Shown piece after piece: positions 11,470-22,564 of a stretch of DNA of 64,000 nucleotides. Position 1 is the first letter of the stretch, and each line of letters opens with the position of its first letter. The position numbers and the translations under genes are program-made. Source of the stretch: Rhodosorus marinus CCMP1338 (taxonomy: Eukaryota; Plantae; Rhodophyta); contig JAMWBK010000011.1 in assembly GCA_029953675.1 (NCBI GenBank), forward strand, positions 744,001 through 808,000, given 5' to 3'. Under the pieces are notes generated by a model. The model did not search any database and was not told the DNA's origin. It saw only the letters and a program-made list of their open reading frames with translations.

Positions 11470-12805
11470 TAAGATAGGGAACAATTTTATTTGACAATTT
11501 ATTGTATAGAACAATGTACCAAAAAAACTACTTGCTTTTGAACGCAAACTCGATACTAGCGACTCCACCAAAAACGTGACGTTTTCGAAGAAGAACCAGG
11601 TGGCATTGAGAACCTCTCTCACATCATCGACAGGAGCCCGATCTCTCCCTTCAATTCGTTTGAGGTCTTTCTGACAGCAATCGTCGAGAATCGAAACAAG
11701 GTCGCCTATTCCATTTTCGTATAATCACGAACAACAGATACTTTATCTCGACCACAACGTTCCCTCAGGTCTCCAAATCCTCGGTAAAACGCGGTTGCAG
11801 ACGCATATTCCTGACCGGGCAATGGCGCCAAAAGTGAAGATCACGGCTCTAAAAAAAATAGCATCGCCTGCAAGATCGCCGTTGAACTGCACCCTGTACC
11901 GCCAACATCAAAAGTATTCTGAATCTCACGATTCATCGTGTCAACCGTACCCCCGGAAGGGCAACATGCCCTCCCCCCCCCCCGGTGTTCAAAGCTCATC
12001 ACAAGAAAAAAAGGAAAACATAGTAGAAGAAAACCAAACATGAATTAAGGGGAGCGTCAAAATTTTCACAATTGCTGAGGCTGCAAAATGCAACCAACCC
12101 ACCCGGCCCGCCCCCCAACAGGCGCCCGAGGGCGATAGCCTTGCAGGCGATGGATTGGGAAACGAAATGAGCTGACTTCTTAGGTGGTACTTCATTTAGA
12201 TATACAGTGAACTCGTTGTGATTTGGAATCATCAGCCATCGGCAACCGCAATCAAGCTTTCCTCTATTAAGAGAAAAAAAAGAAGGTAGAGTATCGCATG
12301 CAGTACCAAAAAAATAAAAATCAAATCCTTGTACATTCGAAATCGAAAACGAGGATTACACCGTTTTCAGATTTGCACAGTGAAGGCCTTCCCCCCCCGC
12401 CCCAAACCCGAGATTTTCTTTTCGTTAGTTCGCAGATTTGACAAAAAAATACTAGTATACTGCTCATAAACACGTAAGAAATCAATCAATATAAAAGACC
12501 AAGGGTATATGACTTTACTCTAAAAGTGATTGATACTAATATCACAAAAGAAATTAAGGAGCAAGACGAAGACCACCCTTCGAATTGTCTTCAATAGCTT
12601 CTTTTTCTTTCATCTTTCCCATTTTTTCGTACGTGTATTTTCCAGGAGGACATTCGCTAAACTAGTTAGTGTAAGCTCTCTCTCCCCCCTCTCTCTCGCT
12701 GGGCATCATAACCCAAGCCTACCCCCCAACCAAAAGATCCTAGCCACCTATCTCACTCCGAACAGCCTCCCTCCCTCCTCCGCAATCCAATCTCACAACC
12801 GGCGT

Positions 12806-13045
12806 GAATCCCCTCTGGAACCACGAAACAGCCTCTCTCCGTCTCGTTCTGTACCCAAAAATAAACCAACCGTCCAAAAACCAAGACTGAAACAGTAGAG
12901 GACAACACACGGCCTGGATTCCCTGCGGAACCACGAAACAGCCGTCTCACTATCTCCCTCTCTCTCTCTCGCTCTCATTCTGTGCCAAAAACAACCAACC
13001 GTCCAAAAAACAAAATCCGAAACAAGAGAGGACAACAACAAGCGG
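12806..13045. repeat. Tandem duplication, period 110-130 bp, with a CT-rich insert
   Basis: GGAACCACGAAACAGCC at 12817 and 12927. CCAACCGTCCAAAAA and GAGGACAAC also occur twice. Confidence 0.85.
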
Positions 13046-14087
13046 CCCCCTTCTCTCACCAGCAGCGCACCCACAACATTAAGTCTCACCCCATACGCTC
13101 TCCTTTCTTCCTTTTTTTGTGTCCTTTAAGGAATAAACAAACTCAATCAAAGATCAGACGATTAGGTTGCTATTGCTTAATAAATAAATATATATTATTT
13201 TCTGCCTTCTTCTAGTTCGAAGAAGGAAAAAAAAAAAAAAGCAAAACACATTGTCTGAACTCAGCCCTTTTTCCTGTTTTTGCCTTTCTTGCTCTTTTTG
13301 TTCATGTGTTTGGCCGTCCACTGATTTACTGTTAGATAGAAAATCAAGACCAAGTTTTCGGAAAGAAATGGTTAGGGGTTGAAGAATTCCTCCAGAATAT
13401 ATTTATGATTATTTCTTAGGTTGACAGACTGTCATTTATACAATGGTCAATGATTTTCTTGTTTCTTTCCACCCTTTTGTTTTTTGTTAACGGACCCGAT
13501 AGGGGCCGTTTTCTCCTTCCAAAGGCCCCGGCAATAGGCTACTTACTGTTCCTTTTTTCCTTGTTTTTACCCTTTTTGGAATTCGATCCTCGGCTTCGGC
13601 AAAGACTGATCATGTTTAAAATTGGACGTCTGTATTTTATTGTTTTTTTAGTAGTAGTTCGGTGGTCGACACATTAGTTGGCAAAGAGCGGATTTCGAGA
13701 TGATGTTGAGGCGAGAACGGAAAAGTGGAGGCTTTGGAATCGCTTTGATGCATTTTTTGGGTGTTTTGGAAAGCCCGGATTGTCTCGGAAGGGTTGAGGA
13801 AGATGGATGCGTCTGTTGAAGAGTGGTCATCTTCCTAAACCCTTCCAAAGGATGTTGAAGATAGCAGCCGAATCTGAAAATGCTGGTTGCTGAGAACGTT
13901 CTTCCTTTTTCTTGTTATGGTGATGGCAAGTGTATTGAACTTTCGCAGCCGTGCTTGGGGCAGTCAATCAGCTCAAACAGCCTCGGCCATGAAGAAGCAA
14001 GACTTCAGCCAGCCAATAAAACCTCCAGACCTTCAGGTGTGTTACTGTCTAAGTACGTTTTGCCCAGTTCCACATCAGAACTAAGCC

Positions 14088-14214
14088 AGGCTGATTCCCA
14101 GTAAAATGCAAGCCAAGCCTCGCATTACAAGCCCCGAATCGGGAGGCTGATTCCCGCTAAAGCCAAGCCTCGCATTACAATCGGGAGGCTGATTCCCGCT
14201 AAGGCCAAGCCTCG
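14088..14214. repeat. Three tandem 42-56-bp units
   Basis: AGGCTGATTCCC...GCCAAGCCTCG starts at 14088, 14144 and 14186. Confidence 0.9.
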
Positions 14215-14219
14215 AAACA

Positions 14220-15480
14220 ATGAAGCCAACCGGATATAAGGCACTCATCTCCCTCAGAACACAACTCTGAGCACCAGCAGACTATGACTGGGAACTGTGA
14301 GACTATGACTCGCAGTAGTCGGCGCAGGAGGCACTAAATGAACTCAGCAAAGCACCAAAGACCAGATAGAAGCTCTAATCCAGCGTGGCTCGGAACCAGC
14401 GACCAATCACTAGAAGCTAGTCGCGAAAGGAGGACTCTAGTAGAACAAGAAACTAAGAATCACCAATCTACCTACGGATAAAGGTCCAATAGCCACAGCA
14501 GCCTAAACTACTGCCTGGACCGGAAAAACTCACTCCAAAGCACCGAACCAGCAAAATATAGACCGTCCTGAAAACAAGAAACTGACCACTACCGGACAAC
14601 TGCTGCGCAACAACACCAAGACATCAATAAAATCCCGATACCAGCACTCACAAAGGCCACTCAGAAAATCAAAGAATCACTGCGTGACCATGAGCACCAC
14701 CGAGAATCCGCCAAGACAAGATGAAGTCCATTCAGTAGATGAAAGAATCACTGCCGGAGCAACACCAGCCAAGAACAGCCAGAAGATCATGAAGCAGAGG
14801 ATACAATCTAAGAGTGACCCTGCAAAGCTCCTCACTCAAATCCACCAAACAGGCCGTCACAACTCAACAAAGCTCCGAAGACAACCTAAATAAGCCAGAA
14901 TCCACTACTGAAAGCAAGACTTGGTTTCGCTTGACTCAAGAACAATGGCCAAGCGAAACCAACCTCACAAATACACTCAATCTGACTCTTAAGCAGAGGC
15001 AAAGCAACCAAGGAAACCAGCATCACCAAAAGATCAACGGACTCTTCACAGCCAATCCATCACACCGGCCTTACCCTAATTAATACACCGGAACACCTCG
15101 CCTCAGCTGCTTAGCCTCAATCAAGACTCCAGAGGACCTCACAGTTACTACTGTAGAAGCCTCCAAACTCAGCCAAAGAACTGAACTCACCCCAAGAAAG
15201 ACAATCACTGGACCATCAATCAAACCAGCCATGTCTCACTCCAAGCACCCACCCGGCCAAAAGATACAGGTGTTGGAGACAGGAATACTGCTATACCCCC
15301 TTCTCAACAACTCTCTATAGTATGCCTTGACTACCCCAGAACCAAGCTCAATCCTCGTGGTCATATCAATATCCTCCCCAACCTTGTCCTCCCTTCTCCC
15401 TCGCCCTCGTTTTGACATCCACCAGCCCCACCCACCAGCCCTCTTCCTCGTAACCCCAACACCGCTGCCAGCTTCAAACT
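14220..15480. other. Strongly A/C-skewed (+ strand) tract, probable degenerate retroelement-like sequence
   Basis: Visibly T/G-poor + strand with broken low-complexity reading frames (e.g. 14684-14893, 14814-15083). No RT or integrase motif was recognised. Confidence 0.3.
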
Positions 15481-15488
15481 GCGTTGAG

Positions 15489-15524
15489 TTTAGCACTGCC
15501 AACGTGTTGGCTGGCAGTGCTAAA
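15489..15524. other. Perfect 13-bp inverted repeat with a 10-nt spacer
   Basis: TTTAGCACTGCCA-ACGTGTTGGC-TGGCAGTGCTAAA. Confidence 0.95.
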
Positions 15525-16009
15525 CACGGTGGGTGGTGGTCCGCTCGCGGATGAAGTGCTCGTTCGCATCCGAATAGACGGCGTTGCCGCTCGTGAGGAT
15601 TCTATCTCCACAAATCCTGCCGCGAACGGAGCCGGTGCCGGCTGTCGACTGGAGGTTTCTGTGGGTTCCTTAGAGTTGGTTCCATGGGGAGTCGATCGGA
15701 CCAACCCTGGACAGCAAAGTTTTTTTCCTGAACACGGTCCGGAACCACGCGAGCTGGCTAGGGTGGGTCGTCCTTGAAAGCCACGGGTGTATAAACCGAA
15801 CCCAGGGAACGGAGTGGAGCCTCATGTCTTTTGAGTTCGTCCATTCAACTAGCACGGTTGAGGTGAGTCACCATTCTAGAACCCAAATTGCGTAAGTCAA
15901 CAGCATTCCTTTCGGTGTTCGGTGAAAATGGATTGTAGTGGTAACCTGAACCCATTGTTGAAAATTTCCAGGGCGTGGTCTACTATAAACCATAAGCGCC
16001 TGTACGAAG

Positions 16010-16480
16010 AACACATGCAGGGACAGAGAAGCAAAAATCCTGCACAAGATAAGTTGCTTTTGCTATGGGGGCCCGTTGTACTTCATCGTGCAGATTATCC
16101 GTGATCTCAACGTCCCAAACCCTTGGAAGCGACAAGCCTCAATATTTCTGACAGCTCCGTCCTCAGGTCAAGCTCAAGCGACCCTCATTCTGTTCGAACT
16201 CGCAACTGTGAATACTTCGCAAAAGGAATCGGAAGAAGCGCTACTGTACCGTCACCTTCTCCGAGCAACACCACATCCGCTATGTCCTCTCGCTAGCCTG
16301 CTAGCCCCTTGGTGGCCACACTTTTTATAGACTTTGTCCCCAACCTCCACCATATGGCAGCCTCGCTTTTGAAACCTAGCCCACTGAAGCGGCCGTACGA
16401 CCTCTGAAACTACCGTTGCGTATTCTGCCACCCCTTTTGTCTCAAAAAAGTTTTCTAAGTTGTGCTCGACAAGTTGTAGA
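16010..16480 (+). pseudogene. Possible decayed tyrosine-recombinase (Crypton/DIRS-like) fragment
   Basis: Frameshifted translation QDKLLLLWGPVVLHRAD / IIRDLNV...ATLILFELATVNTSQ...LLYRH...PLCPLASL has the order of the motifs R.D/E..R.L, KTNQ and RH...LCP..AL. Weak, by eye only. Confidence 0.25.
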
Positions 16481-18635
16481 CCGCGGGCATAGTAAGACGA
16501 CCTGATAGCGAGCCATCTTTATATCCTTCATGAGGTCCTAGATACAATCTGAGTTGAGTTTTTCCTCCGGTTATCATATGTTCACGTTGCTTTCAGTGTC
16601 TTGCTACGGTTTGCCCTTCCAGATCGAAGCTGTCACGCAGTAAACAAAACCCGTAGAAAACGCATTTAGCGGTCAATGCGAAATTGGCAGGATCCTTAAG
16701 CTACTGATTGTGAAGTCTTAGGAGGCTTCAAGCCCCCCGTTGTACTGCGAGTGATGTGGCTTCTCTAGCGGTTGACAGATAATGTGAAAAGTCCGCGACA
16801 TGTTGCGCTCTAAGAAGACTCTCGAGTCAAAGATCCCGCACCCAACAGGATGGCTCCGACGAGCAGTAGGTTGTTAGCAGTTGAGAGCCTGTTAGTCTAG
16901 ACCGAATTGTATGGACCATCGGTTAAGAGATGCCAGGCGAACAGCCTCGACCATCTCAAAATTGAGAGATAGAAAATGGCTAGGAGGCGTTCCTGTACGA
17001 TTCTTCCCTCGCCTGGCGTCAATCTCGAATCAATACAACCGGTTGCCATGGACAAATACTAACATTAGCCGCATATTTATACTTCAGGGAAAACGAGTGC
17101 GCCATGCACCCTCACCGTGACCGCGCACAGTACTTGATAGTATCTTAGTACACACTACAAGAACTCTTTCGAATAGAATTTTACAAGCGACCAGCAGCTG
17201 GCTATGAAAAAGGGGGAGGAGTTGTTTCCTGGTGAAAACTGAGAACACTGAATGCCAATTTTTGAGCATTCTGCAGCTCTAAGGGATGCGCCGTCGTGCC
17301 ACTGTCCAATGATTGAGAAATACACCGTCAAGACGATTGGACTGACAGGTCCGACTATCAATGTTTTGGGCGGTGAAAGAAACAACGGGAAAAGTCTTTT
17401 TCCAGCCTAGCTCCAGACGCGGCATTTAAATCGGACACTTTTGCCCCGTGGTGGCACAAAACCACAAACTGGATCAAACCAAACAGCGCTTCGCTTGCTA
17501 GCCAAAAGCCTGCGCATCGCTAGCTTTTAGCTAGCGAAGCGCAGTTAAATCCAACCGTCCAAACGCACAGCAACAACCTGTTCTGCGCACAGAATGGCTT
17601 CCACAGAGTCCCCCCTTTGACACAAAATAAAAGATCCGCTTACACCTGTGTACTACTACCGAATCAAGAACACTGGGAAACATCTCACGGTCCATCCTCC
17701 TCGTCGAGATTGGCAGAGCTCTCGCAGTACTATCAGCCGCTCAGTTCCCGCAGTCAGAGAAAGGCTCTCAAAAACCACCTTCAATGCGAGGGTAGACATG
17801 ATACCGAACTGTTTTCCAAGAAAGTCCACTACCTCAAGAAACCCATCTAAAAACATCCCCAAGAAGAGAAATCCAGTGCTAGCCCCTCGGAACGATCGCC
17901 TAGGGAAAGAGCTTGTTTTTCGAATACTTTTTCGATCTCGGCGATCTCTATCGAATGATAAATTTTAAATGAATGCATTCAGATAATCAACGAAAAGCCC
18001 GAAAATTATCAAAAGTACTAGTTTCAAAATAGGTATTGACAATATTTTTGTGATCTAGGCGATGTTCGTTTATATAATATTTTTGACTGAATGCCTTATT
18101 GCATTTCTGATATGCGCCTAAAAATAAAATTTGTATGATTTATGAAAACAGGTTTTGACAATAGTTTTATCACCTCGGCGATCATGAATAGTTTAATTCT
18201 TGTTGGTGTTCTTCGTTTACGGGAATAAGTTTTCTAAAAACTAATTATGATCTACGTTGGGACCGCTTGAAGGAGCTGAGGGATCCGGCGGTTCAGTTGG
18301 AAGAGACTGTCTGCCCAGTTGTGCCCAAACACAAGGATCAGCTAGGTGGCGCCGAGAGCAAGCAATGGCAAAAAAGAAAAGAGAAAAAGTACTGACCTTG
18401 AGCCGGTTGTTTGAGTTTTATGTTCCGGGACCGCATGCCTGTGTAACACCACCCCCCACCTTTCACGTTTTGTTCAGAGTCGAGGCGTTTTATAGATGAT
18501 TTCAGCGGGACCCAAGGAGCGCTCTTGATCGGGTCTTGACGGATTTTTCTTTTTGAGCCCTGCCTTCAGAGAAGAGCGTGCTGATATGCTACTGTAAGAT
18601 CATGGCTGCATCAACGAGGTCTTTCCGAGGAAGGG

Positions 18636-18644
18636 TTTATAAAC
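18636..18644 (+). promoter_or_regulatory. Candidate TATA box of member 1
   Basis: TTTATAAAC about 85 bp upstream of ATG 18726. Confidence 0.35.
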
Positions 18645-18725
18645 GAGCGGATTAGAAGAACGGGCTGTGCATTTGTCTCGCCGTTTTCTAGGAGCCATGT
18701 CGTCTGAGGAAAGCATGTTTCAGAG

Positions 18726-20102
18726 ATGGACTTGGTGGGACAGCATGTATCTATTTTGTCACCCCTCCTGGAGTGGGATTCGACGCAACTCAGCTGGCTT
18801 TTGTTTCATTCGCAGAAACAGAGCTTGCCTAGCCCCGGAGACTGTTCCGTCGTGCTGCTAGACATGAAATGGAGCATACCAGAGGCAACACGCGTGGCAC
18901 TTGATGCTTCCGAGGTCGGTCAGTTGATATCAATCTTCTCCGAGCCATCTTTGATGATGACGGAGTTGAGGGAGGAGACCTTTTCTCTGGGATCGTGTTG
19001 GGCATTTAGAGGTGGCCTTCCTGAGCACAAGGGTAGGGTGAATCGAGATTTTCAGGGATTTGAGCGTGTGAGATTCTTGAGCTACAGTGAAGACTCGAGA
19101 GCTGTTTCTATCTTATCAGCGGAGGTCGGTCCTGGGCTGTTGGCGTTTTCCAAGGTTGTAGAGGAGGATGGGAGGCACACTTCTTCGCTTATGGGACTCC
19201 TTGATACTGCCACGGAGACTATCACGCACTGTGCAGCCGCACAAAATCGTCATAGCTGCGATACATGCCGAGTTCAAAACGTTCCGTGCGATCCTCTGAA
19301 GTGCCATAACGAGCAGGACTTTGAGCTAGCACTCGATTACAGGAGGCAGATTCTGGAGCAATCAGAAAGCCCGAGAAGCATCTCGATGCAGTATATTATT
19401 CTTTGGCTTTCTGGTACATGGACCTGTCCCATGGAGCCCTTAGAGCCCATGACGTACAGCGCAACATGTCACCTCAACGGTTCAACCTTCGACAGCGCGT
19501 TGCTGTCGGTGCTTCAAGATGAAATATCCGGTTCCCACCCTCCGCGGGCCTCGTTCCGCATTGTCAGCGAAGGACGGAAGGAAATGGATCACTTTCTGGG
19601 TTTAGAACTGGATGAATTTGAATTCAGTTCCAGCGAGGAATGGTCACCAACTCTTACTCCCACCGCAGATTTCCTTTCACAACCGAGCGGAAAGGACCAC
19701 GGCGTTAAGAAAACAGAAAGGATCTGCCAGATCTGCAACGCAAGCTTCAGAAGGAGCTATGACCTCAAAAGACATACGGCGGCTATTCACGAGAAACGAA
19801 GGGATTTTATCTGCCCAAAGTGCCCCAAGACCTACACTCAAAAGGGCCACCTCAACGAGCATATCCGGATGGTCCACTGTGAGGAACCCGGACTTCAATG
19901 CCCAGTGTGTAAAAAGCAATTTGGGATCAAATCCAAGCTGGAACGCCACATCTCAACCGTACATGAGAACATGAGAAGCTTTAAGTGCTTGGAATGCTCA
20001 AAATCATACAAGGAAAGGTCGTACCTGAAGCAACATCTTCTTACCCAGCACAACATTCGAATGGAGGGGCCCACGAGCCCGAGACCGAAGGACTCACCCT
20101 GA
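18726..20102 (+). CDS. N-domain + Cys4 + 4xC2H2 zinc-finger protein (family member 1)
   Basis: 458-aa ATG ORF with LEWDS, GGLPE, CDTC-x6-C-x4-C, HPPRASFR and four C-x2-C...H-x4-H fingers. Confidence 0.95.
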   Translation: MDLVGQHVSILSPLLEWDSTQLSWLLFHSQKQSLPSPGDCSVVLLDMKWSIPEATRVALDASEVGQLISIFSEPSLMMTELREETFSLGSCWAFRGGLPEHKGRVNRDFQGFERVRFLSYSEDSRAVSILSAEVGPGLLAFSKVVEEDGRHTSSLMGLLDTATETITHCAAAQNRHSCDTCRVQNVPCDPLKCHNEQDFELALDYRRQILEQSESPRSISMQYIILWLSGTWTCPMEPLEPMTYSATCHLNGSTFDSALLSVLQDEISGSHPPRASFRIVSEGRKEMDHFLGLELDEFEFSSSEEWSPTLTPTADFLSQPSGKDHGVKKTERICQICNASFRRSYDLKRHTAAIHEKRRDFICPKCPKTYTQKGHLNEHIRMVHCEEPGLQCPVCKKQFGIKSKLERHISTVHENMRSFKCLECSKSYKERSYLKQHLLTQHNIRMEGPTSPRPKDSP

Positions 20103-21241
20103 AGGGATTACAACTCGGAAATACAACTAGAAACTTGTCCGGACTTTATGACTTGATTGAGCTCGTGCTTTGGTAGACTGCTCTAGGTAGGCCAGGGTCA
20201 CCGACTTCAGCTAATATATTTATACCATTTAATCTTGATCTACCTCTGTATCGAAAGAGCTGCTCTTGACCTGCAAGAGTCTTCTTGGCTGGTCCGGGAG
20301 AAACTTTCCTGCTCCTCAGAAGATTCGCCAGTGCTGGGCGGGCGCTAAGGCGAAACAAAAGCGAACAAAGATTCGGATTTGAGCTGAGATTCACCACATC
20401 GGAGGCGACAACTTATCGCAACTCAGCACTCCTCGTACTTTTGCAAACATCCTCCGTCACCATCAAGAATCCTGGAAGAAACCCAGCACCATTACAAGGA
20501 ACAGAAGCATCCGTACAATTAGTTTCAGAGAAGGCGAAAAGGTAAAAGTGTCTTCTATTTGGGGGATGCTAAGGACCTTGTCGGAACGAAAAGCAAGTGC
20601 GACCACAGGACTTGAGCACAGTTGCAAGAGTGATAATTCCAGTTTTTCAGAAGCTCAAGACGGAGCACTCAAAAAGGCTGACGATACGAACCCCTTTTTT
20701 TTCGTTGAGACTATAGAAGACTCAGTGGAAACCGAAGGTTTGATACCGAGCCGGGAAGCTTGCCGAAAGCTGATCGTCGAACCGAGGGCATCAACAAAGA
20801 CCGGGACAGGGAAGAGAGAGGAGTACCAAGGCATCCAGGAGCGAGTATCGTGAGTTTTCAGGTTCAGTCCGGCTCTGAACTAGTAGCTATCCGTCCAGTA
20901 AAGAGACCGCTTTCTGCTAATCGAACCATAGTCTAGAAAGTCATGCGATACAAGAAAGAAAATGGAGGACAATCTGTCCAGTTCAGAAATTACTACTATT
21001 CAATGTCGACTCAAGATTTCATGTATCAATCAATACTCTCGAAGTTGATCGTTTTGGATTGATTGAGATTCTCATTTTTGCCTCCAGGTTAGTTGCGTTG
21101 GGGATCAGGAAGTCATTGGGGGCGTTCGGCACTGTCCTAGAGGGTTGAGAGTATTTGGGGACCTTGAGGTATCTCCGAGGCCATTGGAGCGGGGGCTTCA
21201 GTTTCGTTTCGTTTCTTCAAGAACGGACCCAAGTTTCATAT

Positions 21242-22564
21242 ATGGAATATAGTGGTCGGCATGTATCGATCCTGTCCCATCATTTGGAATGGGATTCGCT
21301 GCCCTTCAACTGGCTGCTGTTCAGGTTTCAGCGCCAGAGCGTCCCTGTGGGTGGCGACTGGTCGCTGCTCTTCTGGCGGCTGAAGTATGACCATCCTGCG
21401 GGGATACGGAAGGCGATGCAGGCGTCTGAGTTCAGTCGGATGGTGTCGGTGTTTTCGCAGCCGTCGCTGATGATGATCGAGCACAGGGACAGGGACTTTG
21501 CGCTCGGTTCGTACTGGGGTTTCGTTGGGGGACTACCCGAGATGAACGGCCTTGCAAATACTGATTTTGGTGGGTTTAAGAGGGTTCGTTTCTTAACATA
21601 CTGTGAAGACTCTCGAGCTGTTATTATCTACATGACTGAAGTGGCACCTGGGGTTATTGCTTTCTCGAAGATCATCGAAGCTGATGCCCGGCATGTTTCC
21701 AACGTGACTGGACTGATCGATGCAGACAGTGAGGCGATTACAATGTGCGTTACGGGGTGGAAGAGAAGGAGCTGTGACCAGTGCGCTCTCGCGAGTATCC
21801 CCTGTGATCCTGCCGTTTGCAACAACGAGAAGGACTTTGATGCAGACCGCGCTGAAAGAAAGGCATTGCTCCTAAGATCAGGTGGCTTGACGTTGGAGTA
21901 TCACAGGATGTGGTGGAATGGAAGTTGGACTGCTCCAACAGGACCTATGGGTCCGATGACAGCGTTCGCATCTTGCACTTTGAAGGGGCCGGGGTTCGAC
22001 GTGGCTTTGCTTTCCGTAATGCAACATGAAGTATCGAACGTTCATCCTCCTCGCTCCTCATACCGTATTGTAAATGAGGGAATCAACGCGATGAACTACT
22101 TCCTATCGCTGGAGGACACAGAGGTTGAAGCGAGCGAAAAACTAGCTTCAAGCATCGACCTTTTGGAGGACCCTATTTCCTTGGATTGGCTATCACTTCT
22201 GGACGATAAGACCTGTGAGATTTGCGGGTCAACGTTCACGAGGGTAATCGATGTGAGAAGACATAAGGAGAATATGCATGGGAAGAAGAGAAAGTATGAG
22301 TGCTGGATTTGTCCAAAGTCGTACTCCCAGAACGGTCACCTTCGCGAGCACGTCCGACAGGCACATGTTGCTCAGGACGCGTTCTCGTGTACACTATGTA
22401 GTAAGAGATTCGGAGTCAAACACAAGCTGCAAAGGCACTTCACTACAGTTCATGAAAACAGGCGGCGCTTCGAGTGCGAAGTATGCTCGAAGAAATACAA
22501 GGAGAAGTCGTCGCTTAAACATCACCAGCTGGTCCACCACGTTCATCTATTCGAGGAATCATGA
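21242..22564 (+). CDS. N-domain + Cys4 + 4xC2H2 zinc-finger protein (member 2)
   Basis: ATG at 21242 (MEYSGRHVS) aligns with paralog starts. All family motifs and four fingers are present. Confidence 0.95.
   Translation: MEYSGRHVSILSHHLEWDSLPFNWLLFRFQRQSVPVGGDWSLLFWRLKYDHPAGIRKAMQASEFSRMVSVFSQPSLMMIEHRDRDFALGSYWGFVGGLPEMNGLANTDFGGFKRVRFLTYCEDSRAVIIYMTEVAPGVIAFSKIIEADARHVSNVTGLIDADSEAITMCVTGWKRRSCDQCALASIPCDPAVCNNEKDFDADRAERKALLLRSGGLTLEYHRMWWNGSWTAPTGPMGPMTAFASCTLKGPGFDVALLSVMQHEVSNVHPPRSSYRIVNEGINAMNYFLSLEDTEVEASEKLASSIDLLEDPISLDWLSLLDDKTCEICGSTFTRVIDVRRHKENMHGKKRKYECWICPKSYSQNGHLREHVRQAHVAQDAFSCTLCSKRFGVKHKLQRHFTTVHENRRRFECEVCSKKYKEKSSLKHHQLVHHVHLFEES

Noticed and set aside
20285-20853. 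Adjacent ORFs 20285-20545 and 20548-20853 as a gene or pseudogene
   Set aside because: Non-ATG starts, no motif and no similarity to the family seen.
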